From: Vitrella brassicaformis CCMP3155
Lineage: Eukaryota; Protista; Chromerida
NCBI GenBank assembly: GCA_001179505.1
Contig: CDMY01000253.1
Coordinates: forward strand, 62,001-126,000
Direction of reading: 5' to 3'
Length of the DNA: 64,000 nucleotides
A model generated the notes under the pieces. It made no database searches. It was not told the DNA's origin and was given only the letters and a program-made list of their open reading frames with translations. The translations under genes were made by a program, and so were the position numbers. This document shows, piece after piece, positions 11,498 through 23,200 of this stretch; positions within the stretch are counted from its first letter, which is position 1; each line of letters begins with the position of its first letter.

Positions 11498-13773
11498 ATG
11501 TCGTCATCCGCATCTTCACCCTTGTCGATAGAGGCCCCGAGGTCCACGAGCATGCCCCAGGATGAGCCCTCGCAGCCGGCTCCACGGTTCTCTGTGCCCC
11601 TGAGAAACCAGCAGCAGCTCCCACAGCCTGTTCCGCCCAGCGTCCCCGACATCCCCTACCCTCATGGCGCCCAAATCAATCCGGTGGTCAACGCCCCAAG
11701 TGGCGCATTCAGCTGGCTCTTCGGTGGGGGCTCCAACCGAGGAAACAATGCCACACAGAATCAGGGGTGAGCCAAGGATGGGTGTGTGAGGAGCTGAGAG
11801 GGTCTCTCTCTCTTTCTGTCTCTTTGTGTTCATTCAGTGCTGCTGCGGCTCCGCCTGGCCCCGGGCCCTGGGGTGATTGGATTCCGCCCACCTACTACGC
11901 CGGCCCGCCGCCCGGTCTGGCGCCGCCCCCTCACCCGCCCACACCGATGCCGCTCGCCAACGATGGTCTGCCGCCTCCCCTGTACCCCGCCAGCCCGTAC
12001 TACCCCTACCAGTTCGCTGATCACCTTCGGGGGCAATGGGTGCCGGTCCGCTTCTCACGTGACACGCTGACCTTGTATCCGTCGCCCGCTACCACGGCCA
12101 GCGGGCACATAGCGTGGCAAGGGCGTCGCAGCCGTCGCAGCCTCCACATCGGCTCGGGGCAGCGTGTGGGGGGCCGGGGGCTTGGGGGAGGGGGAGGGGG
12201 GAATGATGGTGGGGATAGGGGGGATCGGGCGATGCCGTTTCGTGAGTACCTTCAGGCCTTCCTGGAGCGCGACGAGCGGCTGCGTGAGACTGAGACGATG
12301 GGGGAGATCATAGATGGCGAGTACTATCCCGCACCTGCCTATTTGCGCCTCAGCGGGGGCCTCACCGTCAAGTAACACACGAGAGTCTTCCCCATATCAT
12401 CACCTCTTCCTCTTTCTCTTTCAATGTTTTAATCTGTCTGTGTCCCCTCTCAATTTACCAGAGAGTTGCGTTTGAACACGACGATTGAGAGCTTCACGTC
12501 ATCCCGCCGCTTCAAGCTGCCGCGTGCCCGAGAGGAGACACTTCTCTCAGCGTTCCACGTGCCCTACCTCTCGCCCCCATCGCCATCCAAGGAGATGACG
12601 CCAGAGCCGTCGACCAAGCCACACTTCGCCGATGACACGGACGGTGTTGCGGTGAAGGGGTGCTGCCTGCCGCTGGGCGGCTTCACCCGACTGGGCCGCA
12701 AGGGGAAGCGCAAGCAGGGTGAGGACGAGACGCGGCCTTTGCAGAAGGGCATGTCTCTGTCCACCTCTGCCACGATGGATGAGGCCAAGGGAGGGGCGGA
12801 GGGCACGGGGGATGAGGGCAAGAAGGCCGAGAAGCCTGGCGGGTGGCGGGCTGCTGTGGCTATCGCTGAGGAGGACTTTTTCAAGAGTTCCAAGCCCAAA
12901 GATGACGAGGTCAGAGAGAGACAGGGATCAGCGCGCAGCGAATCGGATGTGTTGTTCTGGTGTGGCATGTATGTGTGTGGGGTGGGGCATGTGTGTCAGG
13001 GCTGTGCTATATGCTGGTGTGAGTATGAGAAGCACTCCATTATCCGCCGCCTGAATATCTGCGGGCATGCATTTCACGGTAGGCGAACACACACACATGA
13101 GGATGTCTTGGTGCACACCTCCTCCCTGGAGCGATTTTCTGCCTCCTCAGTTGACTGTATCGACCAGTGGCTCGAAGAGCACCACACGTAAAATGGCACA
13201 CAAAAGAAAGAAAAATCCCTACTCGTACCCTGTCTTTCCTTTTGGTTGCCGGTATGCAGGTGTCCGCTCTGCCGTTGCGATCTGCGCCGCCCCCCTGGGC
13301 TGCGGGAAGACACAGATATCGCAGACGGCCATGCGCGCGACACACCTGTACACACACGATAGATGCAGACAGCACGAGCGCCAACAGCATATCTCCTTTG
13401 TCTGTCTGTCTGTCTCCCTTTCTTTCTTTCTTTGTTTCAGCCGACCTATCCGCATCGGCGGACGGTGGAGGCGAACCCATACACGTGGGCGGGAGGTGTG
13501 GCGTACCCCTACGGCCCCCCCACACCTCCCGCCCGATTCACATCTCTTCGAGACAACACCACCCCCCTGTTCGGCGGTCAGAGCCCCCGGCCACTCGCCG
13601 AGCAGGAGGGCTTGTCGGATGTGGACCAGGAGGCCATTCCCATGACGCTGGACGATGCCCGCCTGACAGTCGATCGTCCGCCGACGCCCTCGCCCATGCG
13701 GCCTCCCTTTGGGGAGGTGTCGGTGGCGTCGAGTGAGGTGCCGGAGCGGGAGATACCCGAACAGGCCGGATAG
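11498..13773 (+). CDS. RING-H2 E3 ubiquitin ligase with Pro-rich disordered N-terminus
   Basis: Spliced C3H2C3 RING: CAICWCEYEKHSIIRRLNICGHAFH|VDCIDQWLEEHHT|CPLCR. Exon phases checked; ends PEQAG*. Confidence 0.9.
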
Positions 13774-14086
13774 CTAGATGGACTGACTGACTGCATGGGA
13801 TGGGCCACACGGGGGAGAGGAGAGGACGGGCGGGTGTCCTGTGTCGCTCGTGGGGGTCGTGTCGGTCCACCTGATTGCGCGAGCACTGTCGTTGCACTGT
13901 TGTTCTCCTTTTCATGTCGGTGACATGGCGTGTCCGAGGGTGGGGAGTGGCGGTTCTTTGGTGAAGCGAGCTGCAAACAACTCGGCAAACAAGACACAAG
14001 CGTCTGGCTGTCTGTGTGTCTCGGCTTAAGCGAGCGCGCCTCACGAATATGTAAACACACTCTCAGGAGTTTGATGCCATCAGGTT

Positions 14087-17000
14087 TTGATGGAAGCCGA
14101 CCGTCCCTCATCACCGCATGCCCATGATAGAAGCCGCCCTCACACCGCCAGGGCGCATACGGGCCTTCCCATCTTCGCAACCGATGCGCTACCGGCACGG
14201 GACCGGAGCCGGGAGAGAAGAAGGCAGACGATTGACGATATCAGGGCGGCGGAGACCTTCAGACCGCACATTTCTGATACATCCAGGTGAGGGGATGATG
14301 GATTTATGAATGAATGCAGCATGGAATGTAATCGTCATGCGTTTGACGATATGGCGTGCAGGTTGATGGCTGAGGCGCGGCACTCTGTAGCCGATGGATC
14401 TCGTTCGGTCCACGAAAGGCTGTTCGCAGAGGCTCTGAAGAAGGATAAGCCAAGTGAGGAAGAGCCAAACACTCGCATAGCCAACAGCGCGCACGTGGTG
14501 GGCGCTCTCCTCCCCCCTCTCTGCAGGTGAGTGGGCGGCTGTCAGTGCGTCTGTGGAGTTGCCAAGTGGCCTGAGGCCATCGTCATCTAGGGCCATCTCT
14601 GTTGGGGAGCTGCTGCACAGGTGCGTACCATCTATCCATCCACACCGGCACGATGCAGTCCGACCCACAACGGCCTTCCTTGCTGTGTCGTTCCAGGGAG
14701 GCCGAGGAGCGGCGGCAGAAGCAGGATGAGCGCATGCGGCAGGTAGGTATGCACGGGCAAGATGCATCCTTCGTGTCTGTGTGGAGGGGTGTGTGTGTGT
14801 CCTTACTGCAGGAGGTGGAGGTGCTGCGAAATACCCGTGAGGTGTCCAAGGTGACGCCCCAGTCACGGGCCCTACTCAAAGGCAAAATGATGCAGGACCT
14901 CAGGTCACACACAGACAGTCAGACAAGGAAGGTCGACGCACCGGATCTGACCTCATGTGCTGTCCCACGCCACAGGCGTGCGCTTGCTGAGTGTCTGCCA
15001 TCGAGTCCACATGCAGAGGACCTGCCCAACGAATGCTTTCAGGAGTGCTTCCAGGTGACCAAAGGAACAGATGCACACGGACACACGCGTCCAATGATGC
15101 GATGCTCCCTCTTGCCCCCTCTGTGCAGCGGCTGGGTTTCTTCCTTGGCCCGAGGGCTATCGCTGCGAGAGATGTATGTCAGTCAGTGCAGACGCCAGAC
15201 CATCTGGAACTCTTGTTGGTTTGCTGTTGCAGATGCAGCACCGCAATGTGCCTCCAGAGGAGCGGCAGCAACGCGAGGTACACACACACACACACACATG
15301 CAGCTTGGATGCACCGTGTCAGTCAGTCGTGTACATACGGTTTCCTCTGCAGGTGCTGCGGCTGGCCCGCACCAAGATGGAACAGGTGAGAAGGAGATCA
15401 TGCACAAAACACCTGACAGACAGACACCCACACGCACTGGTTGGGCTTTCTCCTTGTTGTGTCTTTCAGGCCATCGCTCAGGAGACCGTGGCCCTCTTGG
15501 ACGGACCTGCTCGTGGATCCCTTCACTTCAACCAGGTTAGCAAAGAGAGAGGGAGGAAAAGAGGGAAACGGGGGGGTCCACAATGCCTACCGTTCTCAAC
15601 TTATCCATCCATCCATCCGTCCATCTCTATGCTTGCATTGCAGCTGTTGCGTTTCCTCGAGCTGATCACTCTCGTCCTCATGCGCGAGGATTCCTCTGCG
15701 TTCGCCCTCGCCCACGCCCTCATGAATCCCCCCGAGGAGCCATCCGCCTCCCCCGCCCACCCCGACGACCAGTCGTCGCCCGAGGACCCCGAAACGCGAA
15801 CCAACTCCCTGCTGCGGATCGCTCGTGCGTTTGCCAAGATGTACCCCAACAGACTGGCGTATGGGCAGTCACCGGCGGAAGGAGTGGGCAGGGCGGCAGG
15901 GGGAGGCGATTCGAGGCCTTTCACGCCCAGGCTCAACGCCAGCTCCATGGCAGGGAGAGATGGGCAGGCCCGACAGCCGTCATATGTCTGTGTGTGTGTG
16001 TGTTTGTGTGTGCAGGTACTGTCTGAGCAGGCGAGGAACCGTTTTCTGGAAGAGCGGCGCGTGCAGCAGGTAGAGCGAGCAGACAGCATTCGTATCGTTT
16101 TCCTTCCCCACGTGTTCTTCCTCCCCGTTCTCAATCGACCAGGGTGACGATGCCATCCCACTGCGGTCGTCAGCCGATGTACTGCTCGCAAGAGGTCAGC
16201 CCATCGGAGTGCCAAAGATACGCAAAACGTTATTATGTGTGATGTCGTATGTCTTTCAGCTCAGTTGGTGAATGCACGGCAGGAGGAGCTCAGACGCCGA
16301 CGCGCAGAGGAGGAACTCAAGGTCAGACCAACGAACGCCATATGACCTGTCCAGCAACCAACAAGGACGCTTCTCTCCCTTTTATCTCAGGAGTGCACCT
16401 TCCGCCCATCTCTCGTCACGCGTCCACGGTCGACCACACCCACAGCCACGCGGCCACACTCGGCCACCGCCCCCCCAAACCCAAAGCAGCAGCAGCAGCC
16501 CAAGCCACGCGAGGACAGACCAGGAGAGAAGAGGGCCAAGTCGCGTGTGCGTGGCAAACCCACCACCCGCCCCATGTCCCCTGCCGCACCCACACGGCCG
16601 CAGGTCGTCACTGCCGACTTTAGGGGCGGTTACACGGGAGGCAGTGGGGCGATGGGGGGTGGGCGGACGCACCGAGAGGAGCTGCTGCGCAACTATGAGA
16701 GCCGTGACAAGATGGCTCGTCACGACCGTTTGTATTACGAGGGTTTGTTGGCTCAGCAGGAGGTGGAGAGGGTGCATAGGGAAGCCGTGGCGATGCGGGA
16801 GGAGAGGGAAGTTAGACAGTGCACCTTCGCGCCCAGGGTCAACGCCACCTCACACGCCATCGCCATGAGGAACAAGTATGGATGCCTGTGGGCTGCACGC
16901 ATCTATGAATGTGCTGGATGGGAGCGGGTGGTCGTTGGTAAACTTGTGTGGTGTGCAGGGTGATGCGTCCCAAGTCGACTCCCCGTTCATTCTCTGAGAC

Positions 17001-17728
17001 CATCCAGCGCATGCGAGAGGCCAACCAGCTGAGGGAAAACGAACGCCTCAGCCTCATCAGGTCAGGGCAGAGCCGGGTGTGCAAATGACGGGCCCTCATT
17101 CAGTTGTCCGTGTGTGCCATCAGGGTGCCCCGTGGTGAGAACTACGAGCGCCTGCGTGCGTCAGGGTTCGCGCCCTTTTCATTCGATGACGGCACTGCCC
17201 GCAACTACCGTCAGAAGCGTCGGCTGCTGCTGCATGTGGATGTGCAGCTCGGGCACGGCAAGCAGGGACGCATCGGCATACACGAGGGAGACGACCCCAA
17301 GACACTCGTAAGCCAGCCATCCACCGACATGAAATGAAGCACGGTTCGCTCCGATGTTGATTGCATTGCATCAGGCCCGCAACTTCTCGCGTGCCTATCA
17401 CCTGGACCCCGACACACGCACCCGGCTGCACCAGCTGCTCTGCTTCCACATGGGCCAGCTAGGCCCTCCCCCTGCGGCCCCAACACACCCCATCCAGACC
17501 GCCGACACACGCCCATCCAAGCGCTCTGGTGGTGGCCACACAACGCAATCTGCTGCCCAGGCTGAGCACGAGGAGACAGAGGTGCGGCGGTCGAGTGCCG
17601 ACGATGTGAAGGCAGGCCAGGTGCAGACTGACGGTCGGCGGCCGCATTCGGATGCGGATGTGAGGCGGGACAGTGGTGGTGGTGAGGGCGGTGATGGGGA
17701 AGGGGAGAGGAGGGAGTGGCGGCGGTAG
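14087..17728 (+). CDS. Multi-exon coiled-coil hypothetical protein with xTFxP repeats
   Basis: Charged coiled-coil exons with ETFRPHIS, ECTFRPSL and QCTFAPRV motifs; C-terminal LHVDVQLGHGKQGRIGIHEGDDPKTL|ARNFSRAYHL. The 5' end is uncertain and not every internal exon was phase-checked. Confidence 0.65.
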
Positions 17729-18477
17729 CGACTGCGGGAGGGAGGGAGGAAGGGAGGGAGGGACACATGCATCAGGGTGGACCTGTGTGGACTGACTGAC
17801 TGACTGACTGACTGCACGTGTGATTTGTCGAAACCCTCTTGGTGGAATGAATGAATGAGTGATGGTCGAAGCATAAAGTCACCGCCAGATCTGGAAGCGC
17901 GCCGATCGCGCGAGACGGCGGGCCAGTCCTTTCCGTCTCGCGTGACTCGCCAGCCCCTTAGGTGGCACATCATGCAGCCGTTGCTTCGTGCGGCTCTGCT
18001 GTCAGCCCCAGGCTGGGCTGCTGTCAGCCCCAGGCTGAGCACGAGGAGACAGAGGTGCGGCGGTCGAGTGCCGACGATGTGAAGGCAGGCCAGGTGCAGA
18101 CTGACGGTCGGCGGCCGCATTCGGATGCGGATGTGAGGCGGGACAGTGGTGGTGGTGAGGGCGGTGATGGGGAAGGGGAGAGGAGGGAGTGGCGGCGGTA
18201 GCGACTGCGGGAGGGAGGGAGGAAGGGAGGGAGGGACACATGCATCAGGGTGGACCTGTGTGGACTGACTGACTGACTGACTGCACGTGTGATTTGTCGA
18301 AACCCTCTTGGTGGAATGAATGAATGAGTGATGGTCGAAGCATAAAGTCACCGCCAGATCTGGAAGCGCGCCGATCGCGCGAGACGGGGGGCCAGTCCTT
18401 TCCGTCTCGCGTGACTCGCCAGCCCCTTAGGTGGCACATCATGCAGCCGTTGCTTCGTGCGGCTCTGCTGTCAGCCC
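17557..18477. repeat. Near-perfect direct tandem duplication, period 473 bp (~17557-18008 and ~18030-18477)
   Basis: The two copies differ only by one GACT unit and one C/G substitution (gagacggcggg vs gagacgggggg). There is a short insert at the junction. Confidence 0.95.
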
Positions 18478-19621
18478 TCGTCGCTCTCTGCAATGGCTAC
18501 GACATCAAATTGCAATCAAACGACGGTCAGCCCGTCGATGGCGCCGTGACATCGCTTCTCGCGGCCACGAGGGCCCTCAACGCCTCTCAGCACCGTCTCC
18601 AGGAGGCGCTTGCAACGACAGGTGAAGGCAGCCTCCTGGGGATCATGCCCCTAGGCTATCATAATGTCTCTACTTAAGCTTGCATCCGTCCGACTCGGTG
18701 CACTGTGGGCTTGTTTGCAGCTGCGTTCTTGGAGCTGGCTGGGAGGGAGCACAGCTCTGCCGTCGAACACATCACTGCAGGCATGTCGTGATCCCACACA
18801 CACGCCGTTCCACGTGGGTCATTCATTCGCAGGTGTCGGGGCGAACCACTCAGCTGGTGCCAAAGCAAATAGTAAGGGGTGCCACTCTCTGTTCACTGAG
18901 CATGTCTTTGTCCCTCCCTTCCACCTTTTCCTCAGCTGCAGGCGGTCCGTGCACAGTGATTTTCGACTTGCCCATCGCCAAAGCGGCCAAACCAGCTTCA
19001 GAAAGATCGCTAACGACGATTACTTTTACTACGGGACAGGCGCGTCCGGCTGCGGGCGCTCGAGCATTGACGTCTGTGTGGTGACAGCCCTGCGGGTGGA
19101 CCCCCTGGCAGACAACGCTGGCTCGGGATACGGACAGTGCACACCGCCATCCGACCGCTTGTACCACACCCTTCGTACCTCCGAGAGAGGATCGTGCCTG
19201 TCGGGCGAACTCAGGGCGGCGGGGCTCAGTCTTGCGCAGAGAGCCGAGGTGTGCTGCACTCCGGCATACGGTGTGACAGGAGGGCTGTTCTGCATGGCGC
19301 CAGCCACGGTCAGCTGGTCGTAGAGACATCAGGAGACATTTATCTCAGTAGGGCTTGTGTGCCGTGCTGTTCATTTAGACCGTCGAGCTGCAGTCCTCGC
19401 CTCCCAACGCGGTCCCCATGGGCGGGGTCTCCATCAACCGCGTGGAGCGCCTCATCGAGAATTACCCTAAGCCTGGATGGAAACAGATCGTCCGCTGGTC
19501 ATTTCCTGGAGCTGTCGACTACATAAGTGAGATTCGATGTCATGCAGGCAGACTCGGCATGTACACACCTGTGTGTGTCGCGCATGCCGTTTGGGTGTTT
19601 GCAGACCCTCGGCATCTCTAA
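18441..19621 (+). CDS. Secreted Cys-containing hypothetical protein
   Basis: Signal peptide MQPLLRAALLSALVALCNG. Exons AFLELAGREH, RSVHSDFRL...DDYFYYGTG...CCTPAYG, TVELQSS...RWSFPGAVDYI and NPRHL*. One GC donor at 18781; one weak donor assumed near 18880. Confidence 0.7.
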
Positions 19622-20277
19622 CTGAACCGACCACCCGAGTCGCAGGCCGACATCCGTCCATTCGTCCGTCCGCCTGTCTGTCTGCCTGTCTGTCTGCCTG
19701 TCTGTCTGTCAGCTGGGTGGGGGTCGTGCGGTCGGCATTCACACGACACAGACATCGTCTGGCTGCCTGCCTGCGCGCCTGCCTGCCACTGTGTACGTGC
19801 CAGGATGCGTATCTCCCCTGTCCGGCCGGTGCTTTCCTTTTCGTTTCCATGTACAGTGACCGTGCCTGCGCAACATTCATGATTTGTTTTTGGACGGGTG
19901 CCTTCGTGTATGACCGAGTGGCGCCGGAACAGAAAGGAGACAGACCCCGATGGGACGTCGAAAGTGAAACAGTGGCTGACTAGAGGCACCAAAGCGAATG
20001 GCAAGAAGAAGAACTAGTAAGAATTATGTATGTATGTATGTGTGTGTGTGTGAATAAACGCATGCACTTGCACGCATCTGCACAAGTCCACAAGACACAA
20101 CATCACCACAGCAAAGTCACTCACAAAGAAACGAACAAGAAAAGACACTCATGCATCCAGATGAGATGAGGGTCGCTCTGTATTTGCATCGAGTCGCACC
20201 TCCACAGACACTCTGAACATGTCGGCACATTTTCCGACCGGAGGTGGAAAGGCCCCTCAGCTGCTCACTTCATCTGT

Positions 20278-23200
20278 CTATCTACCCCTTCTCACTCTCG
20301 GCGAGTACACAGACACGCCCCCTGCGCCCCCGCTGCGGATGGAGGAGACACCAGCCGCTCCACCAGCCGACTGCTGCCCTGTCCCACCCCCTCCCTTGCT
20401 ACCAGGGGGCGTCCCGAACGCGAGCCGAGATATGATCGGGCTGCCGCGATCGTGACCACTTGATATATACTGTGACCTTGCCTCGCCATTGGACGATGCG
20501 CCTCCCCTCTCTCGCTCGTGTCTCTCCTGCCGTGGCGGCTTCTCGGTCGGTGCCTGCATGCGGAAGACCATCGAGGGGGCGCCGGTGGTGTTTGGCTGGG
20601 ACGGCATGTTGCGCCTCAAGGTGGGGGGGAGGCTGGCGGGGTGTTGGTTGTTGCCGCTGCGGCGGACATCAGTACTGGTGAAGGTGGGGTTGGCGTTCGA
20701 TGCACTCGAGGGGAGGAAAAAGGAGGCATCGATCCGCGGACTCGCACCTGAGACCACTCATCCATTCAAATGGATTCTTGGCAGTCCTTCTCCGCTCACC
20801 TAGGAGTTGTTTGGTGGAAGGGGGTCCTATGGCGCTGCCTGCAGCGGTGCCCAAGACGTTGGCGCCCGACATGGGGTCGAACGACAGGGAAGTGACTTTG
20901 ACGGGCACCTTCAGGCCGCCCGCACCAGCAGCCCCTCCAGTCACACCGGTCAAGACATCCAGCGCATTGTTGTTCCTGCCAAACGCCTGCAAACATGACA
21001 CCAGCAACATCCACCTGCCGTCAGTCAGTCGAGGGTCTTGTGGACGGATGCGCCTACCTGTGCTTGCAAGGGCAGCGGGGCCCCCACCTGCATGCCGCCG
21101 ATCGTGACCGCCTGGCACTGCATGGGGGCCGCACCGTGCTCGGCAAACACATAGAAGGGCTGCTGGCCCTTGAGGTACTCCGAACCACCTGGCCCCACTG
21201 GCCCCGCGAGTGTCATCATCTCGGCCTTCTCACGCTCCTCGTCTGTGACCTCCTTGCCGTCGATTAGACGAAGGCTCGGCAACAGCCGCACCAAACCCGG
21301 CCGATAGAGGGGCTTGCGGGAGACTGGGGTCTGCGCGAGCCTGCGTGGAGCGCATGTGGACGAGCATGAAGCTTGGGAGGCTTCTTGGGTGCTTTCCTGT
21401 TCTGCTCACGAGATCTGCACAAGGCCCTTGAGGTCGGCGATTTTCTCAACCTCCTGCAGATCCGATATGCGATTGAGAGAGCAGAAGAGCGCACGCAGCC
21501 GGGGCAACGGACCGAAATTGGACAGCGATCTGCACACGGAGCAAAGCGTTAATTGCTCGCTTCGCGGGGAGACATGCTCACTTGAGTCCATTGTCCTCGA
21601 TGTGCAGTTCCCGTAGATTCCTCAGCGGCTGTACGGGACACATGAAAGGATATGTTACCGGCCAGAAGCCATCCATTAATGTAGCTACCCACCTGGAATG
21701 CTCCCGCCTCCACTTGTCTGATCTTGTTCTGATCGAGGTAGAGCTCCCGCAGGTACTGGAGGCGACTCAAGCCCTCAATCCTGCACGCAGCCATCATTGA
21801 GATTGAGACAGACGGCAACCTGCTTCCTGAGCAGCACGAGAGGCGTGACGACCATACTTGGTGATTTCGTTAGCTTTGAGGTTGAGGTTCCTGAGTGACT
21901 TGAGTGGCAGCTTGTCGAGTGGGCGGAGGTCAGTGATGGCGTTGGAGGCCATTTCCAGGATCTGCAGTGACGGCAGCCCCTGCAGACCCTGGTGCTCCTC
22001 AGCTCCCAGAAGCCCTGTCTCAAGGTCCATGCGATTGTTGTTCAGACGCAACACCTGACAGCAAAACCGCGCCCATACATCAATGAAGGAATGGCCACCA
22101 TATGGACATCTGTCTCTCCTTACCACAAGCTTGGACAGCGGCCCCAGGGTGGCGACGGACGTGAGCTGGTTGTTGTCGAATGTGAGCTCCCGGAGTGAGG
22201 GAAAGACCTCGTCAGTGATGACGTTGGCGGGGATCTCACGCAGCCGACAGCCCGACAAGTCCAGCACCCTGAAGTTGTAGCACGGGCAGGTCCCCAGCTT
22301 CTCCTCAAGCATCTCCATCGACAGCTTGCCGGCGAACCGCTCTCGAGCATCGTTCTGCGCATGTACCACGTGCCTTGTGCACTTTTCATTGTCTTCCTGC
22401 CTTTGAGGCTCGGTACCTGTTCGTTTGTGGTGACGGCTGCACCATCGAGGACCTTGAGTTTTTTAAAGTAGAAGATGGTGTAGAGGCGGTAGTCCTCCAC
22501 GGACACCACCGGATTACCCGCCAGGTCCAAGATGATGAGCTTGGAAAGGTTCTTGATGACGCTCAGCGACCGCAGGTCCTCGACAAGGTTATTGGACAGG
22601 TACAGCTCGATGACGCTCTCGATGGCTGTGAAGCCGTCTAGGGAGTCTATCAGATTGTCCTCCAGGCTGCATCCACGCGAAGGATCGAATGCATGGAGCT
22701 GTACCATTTTCCCGTATGTAGCTAGCTACCTGAGCTGGTTGAGTTTGGTCAGGTTTCCCAGCGCGATGGGCGGGTCTGTGAGTCTGTTGGATCCAGCATC
22801 GAGGCGCCTGAGGCACGCCAAGCTGGTGATGGGCTCGAGATCCTCCAGCCGATTCTGCTCCACAAGCAGCTCCTCGATCGACGAGCAAGACTCAATGCCC
22901 TGCAAAGCCAAAGGGCGTGTGAGCGGTGAGACATGGTCATCCAGGAGACGCAGAATCGGCTGCACTAATGGTCCTCACTCACCTTGACTGACGTGAGACG
23001 GTTTCCGTTGAGGTTGAGCCTTCTCAGCCGACGAAACCGTGACAAGTCAGGCAGCTCCGTGATCTCAGCGCCCGCCAAGTCCATCGACTCGACAAAGAGC
23101 GTCCATCTGGAAGGGGTCACCTCCCTTGCCAGCTGCTGCACCCCCTCCACAAACTCAGCCTTGACCCCCTCCTCCCCCGCACCATCCCGTCTCCCTTCCT

